Shown in pieces: positions 24,312-34,826 of a stretch of DNA of 64,000 bases. Position numbers and translations under genes: made by a program. Source of the DNA: Thraustochytrium aureum (Eukaryota); contig BLSG01000394.1 of the NCBI GenBank assembly GCA_012862495.1, forward strand, positions 2,443 through 66,442, in the 5' to 3' direction. Positions within the stretch are counted from its first letter, which is position 1. Every line of letters starts with the position of its first letter. Below the pieces are notes generated by a model, which saw nothing but the letters and a program-made list of their open reading frames with translations, was not told where the DNA came from and did not search any database.

Positions 24312-26528
24312 ATGGTCACGATCAGCGCAGACAGCATGGCGCCTCAACGCAACGCGACGCATCTTCATGAGACCAAGCTCAAGGCCAAACGGCTGGCCAG
24401 AGTCCCAGCAAACCTAACACACCGGCTGGACCCTGCGAGCGAATCGATGCCCCCAGCCGGCCTGGACATTCTCATTCTGATCGTTGGGTCGCGCGGAGAC
24501 GTGCAGCCTTTCCTGGCGCTCGGCAAGGCGCTCAGAGAGGACGGGCACAACGTGCGCCTCGGTACACACGAGGTCTTCCGCAGCTTTGTGGGCGAAGCAG
24601 GGCTTGGGTTCCACCCCATCGGAGGGGACCCTGCTGAGCTGATGGCCTACATGACCAAAAACCCCGGCTTGGTGCCTTCGATGCAAAGCATCGCGAGCGG
24701 CGACATCTCGCGCAAGCGCAAGACGATCAAGGAAATCCTCGACGGGTGCTGGGCGGCCTGCGTGAGCGCAAACCCGGACGGCTCACCGTTTCAGGCGAAC
24801 GCCATCATTAGCAACCCGGTGACGTTTGCTCACGTTCACTGCGCGGAAAAGCTGGGAGTCCCGCTGCACATTTTCTTCACGATGCCGTGGTCGCCGACGC
24901 GCGCGTTCCCCACCCCTGGCAAACCTCAAGGCCGACCCGAGCCCGGCCGCGGCAGCAAAAGGCAAGATGCGCAACAGGCTGTCGTACTATGCCGTGCAGC
25001 AACTCACATGGACAGGGCTGCTCGACCTCGTGAACAGCTTTCGCAAATCGACGCTCGAGCTTGACCCCATCGCATCGAGTTCCGGCGGCGGCGCCAACCT
25101 GCTCGCCGAACTGCGCACGCCGCACACGTACTGCTGGAGCCCCTCGCTGGTTGCCAAGCCTGCCGACTGGGGAGACCACATCGACGTCTGCGGGTTTTTC
25201 TCCTTGATCTCGCAACCGACTATCAGCCGCCGAACGACCTCGCCGAGTTCCTGGCGGCTGGCCCGCCGCCTGTCTACATCGGGTTCGGGTCAATCGTCGT
25301 CGAAGACCCCGCGAAGCTGCTCAAGACGGTCTTGGACGGCGTCGCCAAAGCGCAGGAGGCCGCAGCGGCCGCGGGCCGCCCAGAGGTCAGGGCGATCGTG
25401 TCGGCGGGATGGGGTGGTCTCACGGCCGACTCGGCCCCGCCAGGAGTTTTGTTCCTCGGGAACTGCCCGCACGACTGGCTGTTTCAGCACGTTGCGGCCG
25501 TCGTATGCCATGGAGGGGCGGGCACCACCGCCGCTGCGCTTCGACTCGGGAAGCCCGTTTTTGTCGTCCCCTTCTTCGGAGACCAGCCGTTCTGGGGGGC
25601 TTCCGTGGCTCGCGCTGGCGCTGGCCCCGCACCCGTCCACCACAAGCGGCTCAACGCCGACAACCTAGCTGAGGGCATCTCGTTTTGCCTCGTGCCAGAG
25701 ACAGCTGCTGCCTGCGCCAAGCTGTCCCAAGGCATGGCGGGCGAAGACGGCGTTCGCGAGGGCGTCAGGTCATTTTACAGGCACTTGCCGCGCGCGATGA
25801 TGCGATGCGACGTGCGCCCGGAACTCAAGGCAGAGGTGTTTCTGGCGAAGCCTGGGCTCAAGCTGTCCAAGCAGGGCTTGCAAGAGCTCGTTGCCGCCGG
25901 TGTCATCAAGCAAAAGTGGGCGGCCAATGCCAAACCCTGGGCTTCGTTCACTCACCCCGTCCAGCGCTTGTGCGCCCCTGCAGATCCGATCACTGGCTTT
26001 GTTCGCGGCTGCGGGCGCGGCGCGATGCGCGCTGCAGAAGGTTGCAGTGACGTGGTCTTGGACCCTGTCCGTGCATGGCGAGGCAAGGTGGGGGGTATGC
26101 GTTTCGTCGCGGCCTCGGGAGGAGTCGTGACAGGGACTTGCCGTGGACTGGGCAAGTCGTTAGAGGGCTGCCTCATCCCTGTCGAGTCCCTGTCCACAGG
26201 GCTGTGGAACTTTGGCAAGCCGAGGAGGAAGTACGAGCTGTTTGCTCCTGACAGCTTCGCAGAAGGGCTGCTCCAAGGTTGTGTGATGAGCATCAAAGCT
26301 CCTGTCGTTGGCGCGATCGAGGTGTTTACCCTGCCCGTGCAAGGCGCTCGCTCCGCTGGAGTTGTCGGTGCAGGTTCGGGGCTTTTCTACGGCCTAAGCG
26401 GCTTGGTCGGCAATCTTTTTGCTGGACCTGCGTTCCTCCTCTGCTTGCCCGTCTCGGGGGCGCGCCGCGGACTGGACCGCCGGAATAAAACCACTGTCTG
26501 CGCTCCGAGGGCTACGACGCACACGTAG
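24312..26528 (+). CDS. Sterol 3-beta-glucosyltransferase-like (GT-B fold, UGT80/UGT51-type); frameshifts near 24910 and 25200
   Basis: IVGSRGDVQPF, GGDPAELMAYM, HCAEKLGVPLHIFFTMPWSPT, reconstructed AFPHPLAN and GFFFLDL..PPPVYIGFGSIV, CPHDWLF, VCHGGAGTTAA and PFFGDQPFWG. The exact start Met is uncertain. Confidence 0.9.
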
Positions 26529-26724
26529 ACAGGCGCGGCCTAGTGCAACGCGGCCTTGTGCAGCCCAAATCACGAAGCCTTTTGTTGAAACGCGCAGTTG
26601 CTTGCTTTCTTTATCTATTTCGAGTTTTTTGTCAGCTCTATCTGTGTCGTGTGCTGCGCTTTGCTTGAGCGGCCAGAGAATGGAATCCACCTGCTGAGAC
26701 TGATTCCACTGCACTTTTGCCGGC

Positions 26725-27321
26725 CTAGACGCTGCAAGCGTTTTGAAGCATCGACGAGGCTCCGGAGACCAACACCTGGCCTTCCAGCAGCGGTTGGACG
26801 TTGTGCGCAAAGAACGCGCACGCCGAGCCGACAACCTCCTCCTTGCTCATGGCAAGCATTGCCCACGCACCGGCCCAGCCGACGGCAGAGCTCGCTCCAA
26901 AGGCGACGCCCCCAAGGACCGTGTCAGCAATGCTGCCGATCTTGCGGAGCACGCTTGGCCGGCCGACCACGTCGGCCTCCTCACGGTCAGTCGGAGCGGG
27001 CCGCTTTCGCTTGCGGTTGTCTTTGCTGCTTGCGTGCTGTGTGCTGCATTCCTTCGTGGCCGCAGTGCTCACCTCGGCCTGCTTGTGGGCCTCTGGGGCT
27101 GCGCTGTCCTTGCTGGCGCCGCCTCCAACTTCTGCACTGCACTCCTGCTCCTCCGAGTCGACGGCGTTGCTCTCGCCCTTGCAAGGGTTTTCGAGGACCT
27201 TAACCGGTTGGATCTCTTGCTCTTGGGCTTCGGCCTCGCCCTTCCGCGCCGGCAGCGCAGCCTGGGCCTTCGTGGTGTCCACTGCCCCCGCCGACGTCGT
27301 CCCAGCGGCGCGCATGGTCAT
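26725..27321 (-). CDS. Orphan 198-aa protein: acidic N-terminus, RKRKR, C-terminal hydrophobic segment (paralog B)
   Basis: ATG-initiated ORF sharing NRKRKR...DV...GAxSAxGWAGAxAxLAMxK with paralog A. Confidence 0.7.
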   Translation of the reverse strand: MTMRAAGTTSAGAVDTTKAQAALPARKGEAEAQEQEIQPVKVLENPCKGESNAVDSEEQECSAEVGGGASKDSAAPEAHKQAEVSTAATKECSTQHASSKDNRKRKRPAPTDREEADVVGRPSVLRKIGSIADTVLGGVAFGASSAVGWAGAWAMLAMSKEEVVGSACAFFAHNVQPLLEGQVLVSGASSMLQNACSV

Positions 27322-27327
27322 TCTCGG

Positions 27328-27432
27328 CTTGCTCCTGCTCGATGCTTGCTGCGCTTGCTCCTGCTCGATGCTTGCTGCTCGCTCCTGCTCGATGCTTGCT
27401 GCTTGCTCCTGCTCGATGCTTGCTGTGCTTGC
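27328..27432. repeat. Tandem repeat, ~24-26 bp unit GCTCCTGCTCGATGCTTGCT(GCT), 4 copies
   Basis: Read directly; lies immediately upstream of the paralog B start codon. Confidence 0.9.
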
Positions 27433-28422
27433 TGGAGTTGGATTGGGGTCTGCTGCGTTCGGCCAAGCTCCATCGCCATCGCGGATTGGGCAAGGCGATG
27501 CAGAGTGGTCCCCTCAGGCCTCCAATCGCGGACTTTTCCGCACCATTTCGCGGCTCAAGACCTGCACGGTCCTCTCATGTGGGCTTGCCGCGATGTAGTC
27601 GGGCTTTCCACGAACACCTCTGAGCCAGCGCCTTGCATTCTTTCAAGAGTGCTTTTGTTTTCGTGGGGGGTTCGCGCAAGTCGCGCGGCGAACTGGGCCG
27701 GAGTAGGTACCGCTCGCTCGCCGGAACAAGTCAAATGGATTGGCTTCAACTTCGATCAGGAAATCCAGCAGGTTCGTCGCCAGCGGATTCGCCAACGTGT
27801 CCTGCCCTCACCAGAGCGGGCGGCTGGCGAGTCGGCCGTCTCTTGAGTGACGAGTCACGACCTGCTCAGGATCTGGCTCCACGAGCCAATCCACCGCGGC
27901 ATGGGTGCTTTGCTGAACGCAACTACCTACCTCTGGCTCTCGCGTGACCCAGGCGCGCTCCTCTCCAGTGATGTTCGAGGAGGATCGATTGCGGCCGAGG
28001 CGCCGCCCGAGCGAGTTGTCGTTGTTGTGCGTAAACTGAAAATTTTTAAAGTTCGCCCGGCTGGGACCAGGTGGCCTGCCGGCAGCCGAGCAAGCGCTGC
28101 GTGGGGGCGCCGTGGAGTGGACGCCTTCGATGCGCAGGGTCTGCGAGCGCGCCGCAAGCAAGTAGCATGAGAACAGGCCGTGCTGCCAGCGGGCGCCATC
28201 GAGCGACGCCTCTTGCTGCGCGACGACCGAACAACGCGCTGCAGCTGCTCGCTTTGCTGTCCAGCGGCGACCTGTTGGAGGGATGGGAATGAATCGGTCG
28301 GTTTTTGATTAAAAGAGAGGAAGAGAGGCCGGTACCTGTGGACGCTTGCGGCCTCAACGCACGTACGCGGCACGGCCAGTGTCTTGGACTAGCAAGATAA
28401 ACGAGGCAGGCTGCGTGAGCGA

Positions 28423-30260
28423 TCAGCGCCAGCGCGGCCGCGTCGATGTCGAGCTTCCAGAGCCGCCGCCCGAGGGCGGCGAGCGGCGCTGGCGGCCAGA
28501 GTCGTGCCGCTCGCGCGCACCAGTGCCGGCGCCACGCGCAGACGATTCTTGGCTCTGCGCGGCAGCGGCGCACGCAGAGGCATCGCACTCTTCGCGCGGC
28601 AGCTGCTCCAACACCTTGGTGTTGTAGCTCGAGCAGCTCGAGCACTTGTGGTACACAAAGTGAAACGGGGCAATACTGCGCTCCTCACAGTCGGCGCAAA
28701 AGATCCGCGAGCGCAGCCCAGCATACTCCTCCGGCATGCGCTCGGTGGCGAGCATCTCGTCGATGCGGCGAAAGTACGCGGCCATGTCCCCAAGGCTCTT
28801 GCCGCAGATCGGGCACGTGTAGTTTGTGGCAGTGTAGTTTTCGTAGCACTTGACGTGAATGCAGTGGCCACACGGCAAAAACATGACTGGCGTCGTACTC
28901 GTGAACAGAAACTCGCTGCACACCGGGCAATCCGACTCCAAGGAGCGCTCGACGCACTTGTGGTCCTTGAGAGTGATGGACATGCAGGCGTTGCAACGAT
29001 CGCAGTGAAAGTAGTCGACGCCGAGCCCCTCTCCGATCCGGCAGATGTTGCACTTGTCGCAGTGGTAGATATGCTTGTCCTCTTTGTCGTCGAAGAACTT
29101 GCACGACTCGCAGAAGTAGCGCGCAAAGTCTGCCTTGCAGTTCTCGCACGTCTTGGCGATGCCCTGCACGTGGCCGCAAAGCATGCAGCGGCAGCGGTTT
29201 ATCTCGCTGCGCACGATCTCGTGGTCGACCTCCTCGTCGTGGCAAAACCTGCACGCGAAAAACTCTTCGCAGCACGGGGCAGAGATCATGCATCTCCGCT
29301 GGTAGTGCTTGCAGCCGTGGATTTGGTTGGCCTCGTCGTGGAAGCTGACCGGGTTGTCCTCCTCCTCGTACTCGTCAGAGTCGCCCACCGAGTCTTCGGC
29401 GTCCGTGTCGTCGTCAAACCCTTCCTCGTCGACGCTCTGGGNNNNNNNNNNNNNNNNNNNNNNNNNNNNNNNNNNNNNNNNNNNNNNNNNNNNNNNNNNN
29501 NNNNNNNNNNNNNNNNNNNNNNNNNNNNNNNNNNNNNNNNNNNNNNNNNNNNNNNNNNNNNNNNNNNNNNNNNNNNNNNNNNNNNNNNNNNNNNNNNNNN
29601 NNNNNNNNNNNNNNNNNNNNNNNNNNNNNNNNNNNNNNNNNNNNNNNNNNNNNNNNNNNNNNNNNNNNNNNNNNNNNNNNNNNNNNNNNNNNNNNNNNNN
29701 NNNNNNNNNNNNCGCAACGACTTGGAGCTGTTGGTGCGGCGGCGGCGCCGCGCAGATCCGGAGCTCGCGTTGGCCTTTTCCTGGGCTTGGCGCCAGGAAA
29801 ACGACATGACCTCTTGGATTTTCTTGGTTTTCTCCGCGGGCGTCAGATTGGGATCCATCTGGACTTCGCGGACCGTGGCGCGCAGGTCCTGCTGCGACAT
29901 GCCCGACGCCGAGTTGACCGACTTGATGCGGCGCTTTTCGATTACTTCGTCCAAAGAAGCAACGCTAGCGTTGCGGCTGCCGATCCCGTTGTCAATTCGC
30001 TTGTTTTCGGCGTTCTCCACCGCGCCGCGCGAGTCCTTGTCGCTGCAGTCGTGCTTGCACTCGTCGGAGCAGCCAGAGCTGTCGATTGACGTGCGCGCGG
30101 TCATGCTGTTTGCGGTGACGATGCTGCTGGTGGCTACCCCGTTTTCGTTGCCGTCTTGGCCCGCTGCGGCAACGTCAAGGTCGTGCTGGCTACCGAGGCT
30201 TCGACTGCTGCGTCGGCGGAGCCGGGAGATGAGCCTGGACCCAGGAAGCATCGATACCAT
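28423..30260 (-). CDS. RCHY1: RING finger and CHY zinc finger E3 ligase (RCHY1/Pirh2-like) with N-terminal extension; interrupted by N gap
   Basis: CHY domain GCKHYQRRC..APCCEEFFACRFCHD; CTCHY region IYHCDKCNICRIG; RING-H2 DCPVC...LPCGHCIHVKC..YTCPIC; zinc ribbon CADC...HKCSSCSSYNT. Start position uncertain. Confidence 0.9.
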
Positions 30261-31661
30261 CCCCGGTTTTGTGCGTTTGCGTGGCGAGTGTGCTTTCGTT
30301 GCCTTTGGCGGGAAAAGGTCGAGCCGCAAATTGCAGTGCTGACGCGAGGAGCAACAGCGCCTAGGCCGACTCTACAACTTCTCCTTCTGCTCCCGCTCGT
30401 GTTTCTGGCCTGCCAGATGTCCGTCAACCTGGACTGCCGAACTTGCTGTTCTGTATGAGCTTGACAACCTGGCTGAGACAACCGCTCGGTCTGACGCTAG
30501 CCGAGCGACAGGGCTCGCGAGCTTTGGGAGCAAAGCAGCAGGCAGGCAGGCCCAACGCGCAGTGCAGTCGGCTCGCAGCGCCGGCAAGCAGCTCGTAGTG
30601 GCCTGAAAGGACGGGTCTGCTCGCGTGCGCCCTCCGAGCCGCGCCTGCACCGAGGACGCGTCAGGCTCGCTCTGCCGTGCCCACGCGAAGCGCCAGATAG
30701 AGTCTGCTCGCCCAAGCTGTTTGGTCCCACTGCCGCTGGTAAACGAACCAGGAGCGCGGCTTTGCGCGACGAGTGGGGGTGGCCAGCCCAGAAGGGCGGT
30801 CGAATTCCCTAGTCCGAATTTTCACTGCCGCAAGTGGCGCTCACTCTCACAGCGCTGCGTCAGGCACAGGGACGACGCGCACAACTCCCTCTTGCCTCGC
30901 CCCCCTTCTGGTGCACTTTCCTGGGCAGGAGGGCCGAAACAATCAGGTGGAATCCACCAAATGCAGGCTGAGGAGCACCGCCGCCAATTCCAGCAAGGCG
31001 CTCCTGGCAGGGCTTACCGGCAATCAGCGAGGAGCTCAGCAAGCGCCCCAAACCCAACGACGCCCATGCACCAGCCCTCCACGGCGATCGGCGGTGTCTC
31101 AACGGTGTCCAGCGACTCCCAGCAGAATCACGGAAGCAAACCCACGGAAATTGGCGTCGCTCAAACGGCCACATCCGGCTGTCAGTCAACCTCCTCACCG
31201 ACATTCACCAAACAAGAAACGCAATGCAGCAGATCCAGCGCCATCAAGCCACGCTACTCACCGCCGGGCGCCACGTCAATCAGCCCAACACCCCGACAAC
31301 CAGGTCGCGAACGCCGCCGCCACGTTGACAAACCAAACTATCCCACCTCCTGTAACCGACACCTACCACCTCGACGGCACCCTCCCGCCTGGCCAGACTC
31401 CTCTGTGCACGCGTTCTGCAAAACGCGCCCGCCTTCCACCACGAGTGCGCGCACGTTCCGGCGAAATCGATCTTCGGCGCAAGAGAACCCGGCCCAGGGT
31501 GCACACTTTCAAAGGTGCGTTCGTGTTCCGGCGAAGGTGCGTCTGCTCTGAACTGAGTTCGCCGATTCTTGAGAGCAGAACAGCAGACCCGCAACAGTGG
31601 AGAGGCCGCGGGCGCCGCAGCGGAGGACGCGGCGGGCGCGCGTGGTGCTGCTACGGCGGGC

Positions 31662-33758
31662 ATGGACGCTGCTGGCGTGGCTTCCGTCAAGCAGGAGCAC
31701 TGCGAGGCGCTGGGACCGGATGCGACGGAAGGTTTAGCGGCTTCCGGTGTGGCTTCCGGAGTGGCTTCCGGAGTGGCTTCCGGTGTGGCTTCCGGTGTGG
31801 CTTCCGCTGTGGCTGCCGTCAAGCAGGAGCAATGCGAGGCGCTGGGGCCGGATGCGAGGGTAGATTCCGCTGCTGGCGTGGCTGCCGTCACGGAGGAGCC
31901 CGAGAAGGAATGCTGCTCCGTCTGCTTGGAGTACTTGGAAGACGAAGGGCCGCCGCTCGGCAAGCTCGACCAGTGTGAGCACTTGTTTCATTTCAAGTGC
32001 ATCGTGACATGGGTGCGAGGGAGCAACAGTTGCCCGAACTGCAGGGCGGAGAATACTGCGGTGGCGAACCTCGCAACTGGCGAGTCGGAGGCCATTGGTG
32101 CTGCTTCGAGCAGGCCGAGCGAAGAGGGCGAGCTGTACATTTGGGACGGCATCAGCGACGAAGACAGCGACGAAGACAGCGACGAAGACAGTGACGATAG
32201 TGACTTTGACCCCAGCACGCTGCAACTACAACCCCGCACAGGGGGTCTCACGCGCAACCTACGCACAATTCTTCGCACCAGCATCGAGGCGCTCGAGGAA
32301 CAGGCAGAATCGAGGAACGCGGTTGGAGACTCGAGGCGATGCTACATTTGTGAGAGCAGCGAGGGGGACACGGCGCTTCTGCATTGCATGGGTCGCCGAT
32401 GCCGGCGCGCTTGCCACGCGCATTGCTGCGGTCTTCAAGCCGCCCCGCGTGGCTCATGGTTTTGCGATCGTTGCACGACGGATCGTGCCGCGGTTGATGT
32501 GGCGACGGGCATCCGCCTTGTCGAGCGGCGCGGAAGAGGGCGACGCAACACGCGGCGCAGAACCTCCTTGCGGGCGCGCCAGATCCGAGAGCGCCGCGCG
32601 GCGACCTTGCGGAACATTAACATCCCCACAACCTACACCCCCGCCGTGTTGGCGCAGCTCATGGAGGAGCGAAGGAAACTCGACCGCGCGGCCGGCGTCG
32701 CCAACCGTGCTGCTCTGCTGAACAGCGTCGCGGTTCATCTGTGCGCGTGGCAGAGGCAGCACGGATTCAGGGCGCGCATCGTCACAAGCGGAATCCTCAG
32801 AGAGATGGCGAATTGGCTCACGCCGAACGACATCGTGGAGGCCACCGAAGAGGCCCAGCAGCTGCGCAAAGTGCTCCTCAATCTTGTACGCCTGGTGGCC
32901 CCGGTCTTGGAGCACGCGGACGTGCGCGACGCCAGGCTTGCCGTGGCTGTGTCTCGATGCTTGGGCGACGACTCAGAAACCACCCACAACAAGAGCGTCG
33001 AGCAGCTGATTATCTCGCAGTTTCAAAGGCTCGTGCGATCGCCGGCAAGCCACGCGCCCAACGGGGAAGAGCTCCTTCGCCGTGTTAACAAGTATATTCG
33101 TCGGACCTCTTTGCACCAGGGCTCTTCGTCCAGCTCGGCCTCCGCAAAGCGGGGCAGCTACGCCGCTGGTCGGTCTGCTACGACTGACATTGTGCACAAG
33201 CGGCTCAAATCCGAGTCGCAATACCGGTTGCCTGGCAATGTGCAGACGCACAAACCGCAAACCGTGGGGATTGCCGCGGTCCAGGCAATGCTGTCGAGCG
33301 GAGCGTCGGAGGCGCCGACTTCAGTAACCCACTCGCGCGTGGAGCAGCACCCGAGATCCCTTCCGCAAGCTGGGCCAGCCTCTAAAACCACCTCGGCACT
33401 CCTCGACAACGCAAAGCCTGGGCAGTGGCTAAGCGCGACGGAGGTCAAGGCGCGCTTCAAGGAAGCAGTTTACTCCTCGCTGCTGTCGCGCATCCGATCT
33501 GCAGAGCCAGGGACTGAACTTCACAGGGTCGCTGAGGAGGACTGCGAAGCACTCAAGAAGGACGCTGCCAAGGTTCTCTACCGTGTCCGCCATGCGGACG
33601 TCCGCAACGTGCACGTTCATCCTCGCTTGCTATTGAGTGCAGACTCGGACATGCTCGTACTGTGCAAGACCTTTCGCAGTGACGAACGGTCGGTGAATCG
33701 TCTCTTGGACGACTGCTTGGGACGATCGCTCGCACGCCGCGCTGCCAGCAAGAGCTGA
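31662..33758 (+). CDS. RING-H2 + PHD finger protein (PHRF1-like N-terminus) with an IWS1/TFIIS-N-like helical domain
   Basis: RING CSVC...CEHLFHFKC..W...CPNCR; PHD CYIC...LLHC..C.RACHAHC...WFCDRC; acidic DEDS repeats. First ATG in frame at 31662. Confidence 0.8.
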   Translation: MDAAGVASVKQEHCEALGPDATEGLAASGVASGVASGVASGVASGVASAVAAVKQEQCEALGPDARVDSAAGVAAVTEEPEKECCSVCLEYLEDEGPPLGKLDQCEHLFHFKCIVTWVRGSNSCPNCRAENTAVANLATGESEAIGAASSRPSEEGELYIWDGISDEDSDEDSDEDSDDSDFDPSTLQLQPRTGGLTRNLRTILRTSIEALEEQAESRNAVGDSRRCYICESSEGDTALLHCMGRRCRRACHAHCCGLQAAPRGSWFCDRCTTDRAAVDVATGIRLVERRGRGRRNTRRRTSLRARQIRERRAATLRNINIPTTYTPAVLAQLMEERRKLDRAAGVANRAALLNSVAVHLCAWQRQHGFRARIVTSGILREMANWLTPNDIVEATEEAQQLRKVLLNLVRLVAPVLEHADVRDARLAVAVSRCLGDDSETTHNKSVEQLIISQFQRLVRSPASHAPNGEELLRRVNKYIRRTSLHQGSSSSSASAKRGSYAAGRSATTDIVHKRLKSESQYRLPGNVQTHKPQTVGIAAVQAMLSSGASEAPTSVTHSRVEQHPRSLPQAGPASKTTSALLDNAKPGQWLSATEVKARFKEAVYSSLLSRIRSAEPGTELHRVAEEDCEALKKDAAKVLYRVRHADVRNVHVHPRLLLSADSDMLVLCKTFRSDERSVNRLLDDCLGRSLARRAASKS
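31738..31806 (+). repeat. 12-bp coding tandem repeat GTGGCTTCCGGW encoding (GVAS)n
   Basis: Five to six copies read directly inside the RING-PHD gene. Confidence 0.9.
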
Positions 33759-33931
33759 CAAGAGGTGGCCGGGCCGCCCAGTCAAGTGCGATTGTGGAAA
33801 AATGGTTGGTCGGTTGGTTGGTTGTTTCACGTATTTTGTTAAGTTCATGGCATCAGCCATCGCAGGCCAGAAGCCCCACTGGGCCGAGCGTTGCGCCAAG
33901 CGATTCATAGGGTTGGAGCACAGATTCATGC

Positions 33932-34065
33932 TCAGCACGTCGGCTGGGGCGCGCTGGACGACTTCCACTTGATCTCCTCGGCGCCAGAGGCGGTCTCCAC
34001 AGCGTAGAACTCGCCGCTGATCTGGATGCCGGAGGAAAACGCTATCTTGGACTGCGAGTCGAACC
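33932..34065 (-). CDS. Possible 3' end of an unidentified gene emerging from the N gap
   Basis: Open frame FDSQSKIAFSSGIQISGEFYAVETASGAEEIKWKSSSAPQPTC* with coding-like codon use, convergent with the RING-PHD gene. No family recognised. Confidence 0.35.
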
Positions 34066-34826
34066 NNNNNNNNNNNNNNNNNNNNNNNNNNNNNNNNNNN
34101 NNNNNNNNNNNNNNNNNNNNNNNNNNNNNNNNNNNNNNNNNNNNNNNNNNNNNNNNNNNNNNNNNNNNNNNNNNNNNNNNNNNNNNNNNNNNNNNNNNNN
34201 NNNNNNNNNNNNNNNNNNNNNNNNNNNNNNNNNNNNNNNNNNNNNNNNNNNNNNNNNNNNNNNNNNNNNNNNNNNNNNNNNNNNNNNNNNNNNNNNNNNN
34301 NNNNNNNNNNNNNNNNNNNNNNNNNNNNNNNNNNNNNNNNNNNNNNNNNNNNNNNNNNNNNNNNNNNNNNNNNNNNNNNNNNNNNNNNNNNNNNNNNNNN
34401 NNNNNNNNNNNNNNNNNNNNNNNNNNNNNNNNNNNNNNNNNNNNNNNNNNNNNNNNNNNNNNNNNNNNNNNNNNNNNNNNNNNNNNNNNNNNNNNNNNNN
34501 NNNNNNNNNNNNNNNNNNNNNNNNNNNNNNNNNNNNNNNNNNNNNNNNNNNNNNNNNNNNNNNNNNNNNNNNNNNNNNNNNNNNNNNNNNNNNNNNNNNN
34601 NNNNNNNNNNNNNNNNNNNNNNNNNNNNNNNNNNNNNNNNNNNNNNNNNNNNNNNNNNNNNNNNNNNNNNNNNNNNNNNNNNNNNNNNNNNNNNNNNNNN
34701 NNNNNNNNNNNNNNNNNNNNNNNNNNNNNNNNNNNNNNNNNNNNNNNNNNNNNNNNNNNNNNNNNNNNNNNNNNNNNNNNNNNNNNNNNNNNNNNNNNNN
34801 NNNNNNNNNNNNNNNNNNNNNNNNNG

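Noticed and set aside
27634..31528. 29-bp similarity between 27634-27662 and 31500-31528 (22/29 matches)
   Set aside because: Does not extend on either side, and matches of this quality are expected by chance in 64 kb.
17766..33758. Ubiquitin-ligase gene cluster (DDB1, RCHY1-like, RING-PHD)
   Set aside because: RING and ubiquitin genes are abundant in eukaryotes and are interspersed here with unrelated genes.
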